From contig JALMLS010000380.1 in assembly GCA_038496445.1 (NCBI GenBank), forward strand, positions 1 through 32,283: a stretch of 32,283 nt of DNA, in the 5' to 3' direction. Of the stretch, positions 9,578 through 21,256 are shown piece by piece. Made by a program: the position numbers and the translations under genes. Every line of letters begins with the position of its first letter. Position 1 is the first letter of the stretch. The notes beneath the pieces were generated by a model, which was not told the origin of the DNA, ran no database searches, and was given only the letters and a program-made list of their open reading frames with translations. This stretch comes from Trichosphaerium sp. ATCC 40318. Lineage: Eukaryota > Protista > Tubulinea.

Positions 9578-11450
9578 ATGATTTTAGTATAGTTTTTTTT
9601 CCTTTATGTAGTGTATTAATTTTAGTCTTTATGGTAAAAATTTGGGGAATCGTTTCGTATAAATATATCAATATTTTATTTATTTAATGGTTTATTATGT
9701 TCGTGCTATGCTTGTATGATGTTTTATTTTGTCGTTAATAATTTTTGGAAAGATTATTTTTTGCTAGAATCTATAGGTTGCCGGTTGGTTTTTTATTTGA
9801 TTTTTTAACTTTAAGTTTAATCTTGTTGTTTATGTGGTGTCATTTGTGTTCAAGTTATAGTATAGATTATATGTCGGAAGATGCTCATAAATTAAGTTCT
9901 TCTGTTATTTATCTTATTTACATTTTTTATGTTAATTTTAGTGAGCGGGATAATTTAGTACAAATGTTTTTAGTTGAGAAGGCGTGGGTTTAGCTTCTTT
10001 TTTATTAATAAATTTTTGTTTAAAAGATTAAGCGCAATAAAGCTGCGCTTAATCTATGATTGTTAATAGAGTTGGTGATGTTTTTATTTTGTTTGTATTG
10101 GTTTAATTTTTATATATTTAAAAACTATAGATTATAGTGTTATTTTTGGTTGTTGAATAGATTATAGGTCAAACTGTTTATTTTTTAGGCTTTGAATTTA
10201 TATTGCTGATATTATTTGTTTTTGTTTTCTTATAGAGTTATGGGCAAATCAGCGCAATTAGGTTGCATACATGATTACCAGAAGCATGGAAGGACCAACA
10301 CAGTATCCGCATTATTCATGCGGCAACAATGGTTACGGCAGGAGTTTTTTTATTAATAAGTTATCGTTTATTTTTGAATATTCAATTATATCTTATATTT
10401 AATTGTTTTTATTGGGGGTTTACAAGTTTAAGTGCAGCATATTTGCGTGTTTTCAGGTAGATATTAAGAAGTTGTTGCATATTCAACATGTAGTCATTTA
10501 GGTATTATGGTCGTTGCGTGTGATGTTCTTGTTTTCAAATCGGCTTTTTTCATCTAGTTATACATGCGCGGTTAAATCGTTATTATTTTTAGGTAGTGAG
10601 CACTAATTCATTCATTTAGTAATGAACAGGATATGCGTAATTTGCAAGGGTATCTAAATATACACGTTTTTATACATTTTGTTTTTATTAGGTTAAGTTC
10701 TTTAGCAGGATTACCTATGTTATCAGGTTTTGATCAAAGGATTTATTGTAGAATTGTTATTTTTGAATAGTTCTAGTTTGTTTTTATTTTTGTTATTTTA
10801 TTATCTTTAGTTTTACAATACTTTATTCTATGCGCTAGCTTTTTTTTTATTTTTAGATTTTCCTGTAGGTGTAAAAGCAAAGAAAGCTTAAAAATAAAAG
10901 AAAAGCCAACAAGTAAATCTTTTATTTTTAAGAGTTATTTTTCTAATTATCATTATTTAAATAACGTATGTTTTGAATTCTAATTTTTTAAGTCATATTA
11001 GTTTATTTATAGGTTATTTTTAATGGATTTATTTAATCTAATTGGGTATGAGGTCATTTATTTTAGATGATTATGATTATTTGTTAGAGTTTTATTTTTA
11101 GATATAAATTGAAAATATATATATTAACTACATTACTTTAGCAATATGAGTAGCACCCGCGTTTTATGGTTTAGATGTTCTTTTTTTAAATTTAATTTTC
11201 TTTATTTTTTTTGTTTAAAAGTTTTTATTTTGATTATATTTATGATATTTTTTTGTTAAATTTTTTTTTTGTTTTCTTATAAATATAGTTTTAATTTAAT
11301 GGAAAAAGTATATTAGAATGAATAGGTCCTTTTGGTATTTATAATGTTGGGTTCAAAATATAAATAAAAGAGAAATATTGTGGAAAGTGTGATATTTATA
11401 AATATTTGATTTTGTAGGTTTAGGGTTTTTTTTTTTACATTAATTATTAG
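9578..11450 (+). CDS. nad5: NADH dehydrogenase subunit 5 cryptogene
   Basis: After single-base insertions: GFLFD, [119 protein letters not shown]. Confidence 0.97.
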
Positions 11451-11690
11451 TTATAATTTATTTTTAATTTTAATTTTTATAATATTTTTTATAAGCATTT
11501 TAATGCTTTTTTATATTTATTTTAATAAAATAAATATAAAAATAATATCTTTAGTGTCTAAAATTAATTAAAAGAGCGTTCTCTTTTAGTTTAAATATAA
11601 ATAAAATAGAAAAATTTAATTTAAAATTAAAAAAAAAATATAAAATAAAAAAAAAGAAAGAATAAAAAAAGAAATGAAAAAAATAAAAAT

Positions 11691-13169
11691 ATGTTAAATT
11701 TTTTAGGAGTACCTTATGTAATAGGATTTCAGTCGAATAGTTCGGCTGTAGAGAAGCATTAGTGCATTTATATGATATGGTATGTGTATGTTGATGATTG
11801 TATTAGTATTTGTGTTAAATTTTTTATGGAAGGTGTAATATGTTTACAAGAAGAGAAAGAAAGTATTAGTAGAAGTGTGGTTTGTGTTGGTAGGTTTTTA
11901 TTGGGCATGCTAATAGACGTGTATTAGAAGTACTTTTACAGAAGCTTATTGAAAAAAAATAGTAAAAAAAATATATATAAAAATAAAAAATGTTTAAATA
12001 TAGAGGTAAATCTAAAATTTATTTATATAAAATGTTAGAAACAAATCAAGAATCTAATTTATTAAGACCTCGTTTGTGAAATAAATCATTTGTTATTTAT
12101 GAAGTTTATTTTTTTTATTTTTTAAACTTATTGCTTAGTTTGTTAGAACCTTTTTTACCTAAAGACAAAAAAGGTATATATAATGAGATTTTGGATAATT
12201 ATATAAATTTTAATTTTGAATTAGAATATAACTTAAGTGTAGAAATTAAAAATTTAATTTGAGATTTTTTTCACTTAGAAAGAGTATCTCGTTATGAACT
12301 ATGGTATCATCATTATACTTTTACAGGTGTTATATGAACATTTTTAGATTGAAATTATATGAGAATGCGAAAATGTTTTAAATTTTGTGAGTATAGTAAT
12401 TGGATAGACAACCTCAGAAAAGGCTAATATAATAAAAAGTTTAGGTGCTCGAAGTATGTTAAGCCTCAATTTACTAGAGATGTTTATTTTAATAAGATAA
12501 ACAAAGTGAACATATTTTGGATTAGAAAGTTTCCGGAACGAAATTTAATTTATATTTTTATGGAGTATCAGCTGTTCAAGATATTAGATGGAAACTTGAT
12601 GAACATTATCGCCAGTGCATTACTTTTTTTTTGATGATTTCCAACTTTATTAGTGTATATTCTCAAGGTGATTTTTTGCACCTATGTATTCATTTAATGT
12701 TGCAGGCAAGCAATGAGCTGGCTATATGAAATAGCAAATTTAATGTTAAAAATCAAAGTAAATTACAGGACATTTAAATATGTTGATACTATGGGTATTA
12801 TGAACCGGGTCTAGCGTTCGTTAAATTACAAATGGCGTGAAGGTAATTACTATTTTAGATACTACAGCGTTGGATTTAGGAGTAATTTAGTACAAGATAT
12901 AATTTACATCCAGGTCTTTTAAGATTATTAGAAACTAATCATTGATAGGATTAAAAATGAATATGAATTAAGAGTACTTATTTCTGGTATAGATGTTATA
13001 CATAGCTTTGGTATACAGGATTAGGTTGTAAAATGGATGCTGTACCAGGAAGGTACATGGAATAACAGTTTTTTTAAAAAGACCTGTATGTTTTATGGTC
13101 ATGTAGCGAATTATGTGGAGTAGAGCATGGTATATGCCTATAGCGGTTGAGTTGTTAAATTATCTTTAA
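11691..13169 (+). CDS. cox2: Cytochrome c oxidase subunit 2 cryptogene with large insertion
   Basis: PYVIGFQ at the N-terminus, METWWTLSP (~12588), [58 protein letters not shown] with CuA ligands intact. The stop may instead be at ~13219. Confidence 0.97.
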
Positions 13170-13212
13170 TAAAAGGAAGTAAATTTGGATACAATGAATT
13201 TAAAAAAATAAA

Positions 13213-14822
13213 ATGTTAAGTTTTTTATTTTTTAAATTAGGAAATTTAGGCAGAGAATTTTATTTAAATTGTCTAGCTATATATAGAACAGATTTTTGAT
13301 TAAATTTTTATTTAAATGAAAATGAGTTATATGAAGAAGGTTATGATACCAACGACCAAACGGTCGAAAAAACAGAAACGTGAAATAATTTTTTAGGCGG
13401 TGACTCAAACGTCTCTATACTTCTAGTAAATTTTGTTAGGTGAGGTACATCTGTAGGAAGAGTCTGAAAAAACTACAAATCTGAAATACAAATATTTAAT
13501 AAAGTGCTTATTTTAAGGAGAATGGCATGAAGTTTTTTAAGTGTAATCACTGGGTTAATAATAGTTGAATTTTTAAGTTGAATGGATTTATTGAATTACA
13601 GCAGTTATGTTGGTTTTAGTATTATATCAACCGAAATGTTTTGGTAACGAAAGAGTTTTTGTTTATATTGCACAAATGTTTATATCAGAAGCTTTTGTTG
13701 GCGAAGATGTATTTGTAGTCTAATAGGTATGTGTGAGATCTTATAAGGTATTTTTTTACTTTTTTACTTTGGTTGATAAATATTGGCATATATCATGCTT
13801 AAGTGTTATTATCTTCAAATATGTATTTAGCTGTTTATTTCAATATTTATTTCTTTATTTTATTATATTTTTATAAATACAATGTATTTATATACAAGTT
13901 GTATATTGTCCATTTCCATATTTTAGTGAGATTTTGAGTTGATTTATACAATAATAATAGAGTTATGAGGGAATTTAATGAATATTTATCATTGATAAAT
14001 ATTTAAATATAATTATATAGATATATTTATAACAGATATTTATTGTGAAGAGAATTAGTAGGTTAATAGATACATTGATTGATACTCTTTTTTTATATTT
14101 TTTATAGAACATCTTTTGCTGAGGTGATGTCCTTACAGTGATTAATTTTATTTTTGAAAGTTAGATTCAAAAATATATCAAATTTTTGAATCTAACTTTC
14201 AAAAATTTGATATAAGTTCTGTAAATTTTTTTTATTTGTTTTACGAGCATTATGAATCAAGCTTATACGTTTTTTCATTTTTTAACTTATATATTTTTTA
14301 GTTTTAAATTTAAAATAATAAATATCATATGTGATATTTATATTAATTTCTCTAGTAATTACTTCGATTTTGGTCTGGATGCTTTCTGCTATTGCCTTTT
14401 TGAAAAGGCAATAGCAGAAAGCATCCAGACCAAAATCGAAGTAATTACTAGAGAAATTAATATAAATATCACATATGATATTTATTATTTTAGTTGTTTA
14501 TTAATAAAAGTTTTTTTATAATGTTATTAGATTTTAATTGAAGGTTATGTTTTTAATATGGGTAACTTAATTTTTAGCCAATTTTAATAGATTTTATTTG
14601 TTTATTTTAAATTTAAATAATAAATTTTTACAGAATTAGATTTTTTTTCTTTTCATGTTTTTATTTATTTAGATTTTGATGTTTATAGTTTTGTTGACAT
14701 TTGTACAATATTTAACTTTTGATGAGGTGTTTTTACTCCAACATTAATTTTAGAACAGATCGTTGAGTAATGTTCAATTTTTTAATTTTGAGAGTTTTCT
14801 TTTTTTGCTTTTTCTTTTATAA
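13213..14822 (+). CDS. tatC: Sec-independent translocase TatC (mttB) cryptogene with N-terminal extension and insertion
   Basis: LRRMAWSFLS, SEAFV (~13686), LLWLINIGIYH ('W.F..PGLY'), IELWGNLNEYL, GVFTPTLILEQI...E ('TPPD..SQ......E'), plus multiple hydrophobic segments. Confidence 0.55.
14320..14483. repeat. Palindrome ~164 bp (a second, shorter one lies at ~14151-14206)
   Basis: ...gatgctttctgctattgcctttt tg aaaaggcaatagcagaaagcatc... Confidence 0.93.
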
Positions 14823-17565
14823 ATGATTGTATTTTTTTCTATTTAGTGGGTTGATAATTTATGTTTCACAATAGTTTGAATATTATCAATTTTGTGGTTG
14901 ATTCTATTCAAATGTGTATAGTTTACCGTATTTTTGGCTATATAAGTATCTAGTTATTTTAAGCTCAGTTCTATTCTTGTATTTTTTTTTGATGGTGAAT
15001 ATTAAATTATACTATAGTAACATATCAGGTAAAGAAAGAGAGTAATAGATGGGACTTATAGTGGAAGTATCCGGTTGCTTTAGATATTGTATTTAGTTGT
15101 GCGGGGATAAATTTTTTAAAGAAACATTTAAAGCTCGTAGGATTATGATTTTTCTTGTTTTTGAGAGAGTATGATCCAGAAATGGATTCGATGTGCGGGA
15201 TGATCTTGTGTCTAGTTATATACAGGTGAACAAATAGTTGAGATTTTGATGAAGAATTTATGATGACTTAGATGCTATAGAGAACGTGTTTTAATGTTAC
15301 TTATATACAAGAAAAATCAAATGTGCAGAAGGCAGCAGATATAATTTGGATAATAGTGAGATGTAGCATCAGGTTCAGTTTTCTTTTTGATGAAGTGCCT
15401 GATATTCATACGGGATAAAATCCTATTATGGTTTAAAAGTGACGCGGAACAAGATCCAGATGATGAATATGAGAAGATATAGTGGATTTGGAAATTTATT
15501 TTGAAGATATGGTAAGGAATATTTAGTTCAACGGAAGATAAAGATTTGAATCTCCGGAAAATAATTTATATGATTGAATAGGGACGAAGCTTTAGCTGGG
15601 TTGAAGCAGATATGGATGAATGTTCATTTATGAAAGAGTAGTATAAATATGTTAGAAAATTTGAATGTAGAAGGGTAAATGTAGAAATGCTTGAGGTATG
15701 AGAGATGGGTAGATTTTAGTTATTATGATATGATAGAGGAAGAAGTCCTGTAGAAAATATACCGCACTTATGAGTTGTATTATTTTTGGGCAGTGTATAC
15801 ATGTAATAGGTTTATTTTTGAAGATGATTTATTTTGGAATATTATAAAAAGCCTTTAAAGGGGCTCCAGAGGAATATCAGTGTTAATGGAAAGAAATTCA
15901 ATTTTTTGATCTTGGGTATTATTTTTCACGAGTGATTCAATCATAATGGAAACTAGATAGATTTGTTTGTACATGCAAGATATACATGGACGTAAATTAT
16001 ATTTAGAGAATTGAATAGATGGTATTCTTATCTAGTTAGTACGTGAAATCCAGATAGTTGCTTAAATATAGCTTACGTTTTATAGTTATGCTAAGCGTTG
16101 TGAAAAGGTAGATGAAGTGTATTATCAGGCAAATTAATAGATGGTGCAAGATGTGACACGTTATTGAAAGGGCGGTTTGTTTGATTTTGCTTTAACTAAG
16201 TTAAAGCAAAATCAAACCAAAAAGTTAAAAAATATATCGGGTTATTTATTTAATGATTGGATGTAAATTATCAAGAAAAATCAGATTGAGAAAGGATACT
16301 CCCGGTTAAGGTTGGAAAATAAAGAATTGTATTAAGTTCTGCAATATTAAAAAGTGCCAAGAAAAATGAGTTTAATTTATAATAAAAGTAATTTTATAAG
16401 AGAATGCAAAATAAAAAAATAGATAGTTTATAACAGCTAAAGATATATTAATTGGTATAATTTGAATGATTTTAGTGAATATGGTATATAGCAAAATGAG
16501 CTGATTTAGTAAACTAGAAGCTTAAGTTATTATGTAAAACTATAAAAAGATCCGGCATTAATTTAAGATGTATTTTGGATGGGAGTATTTTATTATAGTT
16601 TATTTAATATACGTTTTGGGAGTTATTGGGTATAAATTATGAATGGTGTATAGTGATAGAATACTAAAATAAAAATAAAAAAAAATAAAGAATATTTGAT
16701 AGATCCTTAATAAAAACACCAAATGTGAAGGGATAAGTTACAAGGTTAAAATTATCAGGATTTATCTTCTTATATAGACTTAAAAAAAAGAAAAAATATG
16801 TATAGAAATTATATTTTTAAATTAAATGGAGAAAGAAAAAAAGGGAATCCAAAAATATTGTTTTATAACTGACAGCAGGATTTAAATTTAAATCCTGCTG
16901 TCAGTTATAAAACAATATTTTTGGATTCCCTTTTTTTCTTTCTCCATTTTAATTCTTATGATATATTAAAATTATATAATTTAGGTAAATTTGATTCTAT
17001 TTATTTTTATTTAAAATCTAATAATTTTTTCTATAAAGATTTTTTAAATTTATATGATTTAGGTAATTCAAATTTGAATTTTTTTTTATTAGATTTTTAT
17101 TTTTATAAATTATTAAAATTATATAAATTAGATGTATATATTTTTACTCTTTGAAATAATACTAATATAAATTTTTACGATTATATATATATATATGATA
17201 TATTAAAATTATATAAATTAGATGTATATATTTTTACTCTTTGAAATAATAAAAATATATATAATTATATACATGACATATTAAAAAAATATAAATTAGA
17301 TAGTTATACTTTTGATGATATTTTAAATATATATAATTATATATATGACATGTTACAAATATATAAATTAGAAAATTATACGTTTAATGATATTTTAAAA
17401 GATTTAGAATATTCTTATGATTTATTAAATATATATAATTTGGATGAAAATAAAGCGAAATTTAAAAAGAAAGTACGGAAATTAAGCATTATTAAGTTTG
17501 TTAAAGAAAGACAGCTATTATTTATTTATTTGGTAATTTTTTTAAGAGGATTTAAAATCATTTAA
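14823..17565 (+). CDS. Large unknown cryptogene A (hydrophobic N-terminus, D/E-rich core, Tyr/Leu-repeat tail)
   Basis: ATG directly after the inferred tatC stop. An acidic reading such as DEVPDIHTGIKSYYGLKSDAEQDPDDEYEEDIVDLEIYFEDYGKEYLGSTEDKDFESPENNLYD is obtained only by adding a base every 20-40 nt. 16921-17565 is open without repair. It may be more than one gene. Confidence 0.5.
16824..16949. repeat. Perfect palindrome, 126 bp
   Basis: ...ataactgacagcaggatttaaa|tttaaatcctgctgtcagttat... Confidence 0.95.
16958..17445 (+). repeat. Degenerate in-frame coding repeats (Y-D-I/L-L-K/N-x-Y-x-L)
   Basis: Recurrent tatgatatattaaaattatataa-like units. Exact ~50-nt duplicate ttaaaattatataaattagatgtatatatttttactctttgaaataata at ~17114 and ~17204. 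Confidence 0.85.
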
Positions 17566-17613
17566 TTTATATAAGTTAATTTAATAAATGTAGATAATAG
17601 AGTTTTTATAAAA

Positions 17614-20600
17614 ATGAACATAATTATTATAGGATTGGTTTTTAAAAAATTGTTGGATTTAGGTTCTAATTTTAAGTTAAATGTTTTATGGTTATTTTAC
17701 CTAGTATTGTAGGTTCTTTGTTTGATTAGTTTTTTATTTTTATGATTTATAGAATATATAATATTGTTAAAATGGACTAAAAAGCCAATGCCAAAGTATT
17801 TATCTTTAATTCCTTTGTGGTTTTTAGAAGAACTTTATATGGAGTTGATTCGTTATATACCAAAAACGTCTTGCTAAATAAAAGGGAGCTTAGTAGATGA
17901 ATTTTTGGGAAAGTGAGTTTTTTGTAGGTTATAGTTGCTGGTAGAGGCAGAGCAGATTTGGTTAGAAAGAGCCTTGAAGAGTACCTAGATATATTCATGA
18001 TAAATTGGAGATTATGAATGCGTACAAAGAAAGAATAAAATTAGATAAGGTGCGGTACAGAATGCAGATAAATGGTTTGGATGCAAGAAATGAAGTAGCT
18101 ACGGATTATATTACTATGATAGAAAGTTATCCGGAGATGAATCCGAACAATTATATATAACGGTACCAAATTTTTATACGGGAAGCAAGGAAGTTGTTGC
18201 TGTGCCCATGCCAGCAATAAATTATGAAAAAGTACATGGTATAAGTTGAGAGGACTCAAAAAAACAAAAGAAAAAATTAACAAAATTAGGTAAATTAATG
18301 AATAGAATTAATTTTAAATTAAAAAGAGATAAAAAATTGAGAGATAAATATTTATTAAATTATATTAAAGCCAAAAGATACTATACAAAGGGAAGAAATT
18401 ATATATATAAACAAAAAGTATCCAACAGATCTTTTAGAAATTTTAAACTAGGTCCTGGTGCATTAGATAAATGATGTAAAGATGAAAATGTATATAAATA
18501 TTTAGAAATGTCTTTAATAAAAAGTGAGGAGTTTAAACAAGATATTATTGCTAAAGAAAGAGGTGAAGAGTTTGCAATTTCGCCACCAAAAAAAAGATAT
18601 GAAAAAGATTTAGAGAACGATGCTGAACCAGTTTCACGTAGTGAATTTTTTTTTAATTTTGGAAAAATGTATTGAAATCTTAATCATTTTGGTTGAAATT
18701 GAATACATTTAACACGTAGCGAATATCCTATGAGAAAATTAGCAATGCTGGGTGTAGGAGAAGGTTATAGGACATTAAAAGCATGTATACTCCGTATAAG
18801 AAAGGTTCACGTTTGTTGAATGAACAACTGATGAAAGCAATATGGTCTATACCAGAATATAAAATGGAAAAAAATTGGAATTTTACAGAAGCAAATATAC
18901 AGCGATGGAGTTAAATTAAAGATAAGAATAAATAGATGAATACATTGCGGTTTGTTGATCAATGGGTATGTGAAGAAATTATTGATATTTATTTCAAAAA
19001 AGACAAACTAATTTTTTTAGAAATAAGATTATGTCTAACGATAAAAAAAGATGACATAGATCTTTTTTTATTCTTTTTGGGTTACGTGGTTGTGGAAAAG
19101 AAGCTCGTTATAAAAAATCGGAACAATTAGGAGAGTTGGCTTATGTGTGAGATTATTGTTTTATTCCAGCAGATTGAAATCGTTATAGACAATATGGTGC
19201 AAAATGATGATTACTGTTCAAATATTATTATCCAGTAAGATACACATGAATAGATTATTATAGATCATTTATGAGAACAACCGATGATGCTAATGTGTTT
19301 GGTTTATATAGTTTAAGGTTATTGGGAGATTATAGTGTGGTATATTCTTATTATTATAGAAAACTTATGAATTTTCCATATCATCGTGTAGTATATGCTA
19401 GAGAAAATTTAAATTTAAATCGATTTTGAAAAGGAAAAAAAAAAAAAAATATAAAAATAAATAGATTAAGTTATTGATGAGAGTTTTATTTAAAAAAAGA
19501 ATCAAATTTAAATAAAAAAGAATTTAAAAATTTAAAAGAAGATCAAAAATATAAATTATATATAGAAAAAATAAAAAAAGAGACAAAATTGATTAGATCG
19601 ACAGATTTATTTTTAAAAGAAATACCTGATTTATTTAATTTTTTGGGTGATTCCATAGTAAAAATTAGAAATTCAAAAATAAATAATATAAATTATATAA
19701 AAGAAAAAGCAAGAAAATGAAGCGAGGTGACGTCACCTAAATTTTTTATTAAAGAAATAGAAGAAAAAAAAAACAAGGAGCAAATGAAAATATTAAAAAA
19801 ATATGAAAAAGAATGAATAAAAGAAAACAATATAGATATTTTAGATGAGACATATGAAGAAAAAAGGAAAGCTATAGCAAGAAAATTAGAAAAAAAAACG
19901 CAAAAAATTCTAACTAAAGATCTTTATATTTTATGAAAAATTTTAAATACATATAATAATAAAAAAAGAAAATTTAGAGATATAATGAATTTTAAAAAAG
20001 ATATTTATACTTTAAATAATTATGAGTTGCTAGTTTTGGATTATTTTGAATATAAAATTCAGAAATTGATGCTTAAAAAATTTTATTTATTAGGTTTAAG
20101 TTATAAGAAAGAAAGTAAAATAAAATTTGTAATGCATTATGGGAAAATGTTTGATTTATTTTTTCATTTAAGAAGAGATCAGCAAGAATTAGAAAGACGT
20201 TTATATAGAAGGGTTTTTAATATAGATTTAAGATATAGAGAAGGTATATCTGAAATTGAATATAAAATGTTTCCGGAAATTGATGAAAATAAAAAGTTAA
20301 GAAGCTCTAATAATCTAAGTAAAAAAAATGAGAAAAGTTTAGAAATTATTTGAAGAGATTTGGGCAAAAGATTAAAAAAAAAAAAAAATTTCAAAAAAAA
20401 AAATATTAATTGAACATTAAAAAGAAATAAGATAAATACCTTATTTGGTAATGATTTTTATATTAAAAAATGAAATAAAAAACGAGGTAATTTTTTTATT
20501 TGAGTCTTTAAAAAAACACCGTCTAAGTGGAGTTTTTTTAAAGATGTTATAGTAGAACCTATAAAAGAGTTATGAGATAATTTTTATGAAGATATGGTAA

Positions 20601-20899
20601 TAAAATTCAATGATTTTAAAGAAGATACTTATTATCCATGAAAAGAGGATTTTTATCATCAACTTACCATAGAAGCTGAAGCATTAAGAGAATTAAATGA
20701 AGAAAATTTAGGAGGTAAGAGTAATAACTTTATAACAAGGTTGCGAACAAGATGAGCTGCTTATTTTGATGAAGTATCTCAAAGAAAAGTTAAAATAGAA
20801 GAAAAGCCAGAGGCTGAGTTTGACGAGGTTTGAAGAAAAAAAAAAGAAATAGAGTGAGATAATTTATGGGAAAAAAAAAAACAAGAGCCTAAAGAATAA
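17614..20899 (+). CDS. Large unknown gene B (edited 5' part, unedited K/E/W-rich 3' part)
   Basis: ATG 17614 with a hydrophobic start and a frameshifted 5' portion. With TGA=Trp the frame is uninterrupted from ~19326 to TAA 20897-20899 (>520 codons). Another open block lies at ~18285-18780. Confidence 0.6.
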
Positions 20900-20984
20900 A
20901 TGTGCCAATAAAATAAAATAAATAGTTAACTTTTTATTTTATTTTATTGGCACATTTATTCTTTAGGCTCTTGTTTTTTTTTTT
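20871..20984. repeat. Long hairpin overlapping the stop codon of gene B (possible terminator/processing signal)
   Basis: caagagcctaaagaataaatgtgccaataaaataaaataaa ... tttattttattttattggcacatttattctttaggctcttg, followed by a T-run. Confidence 0.9.
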
Positions 20985-21012
20985 GTTTTTTTGGTATGTA
21001 AAAAACACTGTG

Positions 21013-21182
21013 TAGGGTGGGGAATTTTGTTTTTTTGGTATAAAAAAAAAACAAAATAGATAATTTATGAGAAGAAAAAAGCCTAAAGAATAAAATTCCC
21101 CACCCTAGGCGGAAAAAACTTAAATAAATAGTGGTATATTTTCTATTATTATACCACTATTTATTTAAGTTTTTTCCGCCTA
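21013..21182. repeat. Two adjacent inverted repeats upstream of nad2
   Basis: tagggtggggaatttt...aaaattccccacccta and taggcggaaaaaacttaaataaatagtggtata...tataccactatttatttaagttttttccgccta. Confidence 0.9.
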
Positions 21183-21256
21183 CGGCAAGTATCGCTATTC
21201 GAATAGTTATAATATATATAAGTAAAAAAAAGTATTAATATAGACTTATATATAAG

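Noticed and set aside
10281-10320. Programmed -1 ribosomal frameshifting or overlapping codons
   Set aside because: Re-reading a base at a codon boundary gives GPTTVS and GHC/GSC instead of the invariant GPTPVS and GQC.
12990-13140. Physarum-type C-insertion or kinetoplastid U-insertion editing
   Set aside because: Several invariant residues need G or A (RPG, GQC, LGWE, AHMN), and others need C. No single nucleotide explains the sites.
16958-17445. CRISPR-like array
   Set aside because: Repeats are degenerate, variable in length and in-frame coding, with no unique spacers or cas genes.
21183-21215. tRNA suggested by ttcgaat
   Set aside because: It is only a short palindrome (ctattcgaatag), with no acceptor, D or anticodon arms.
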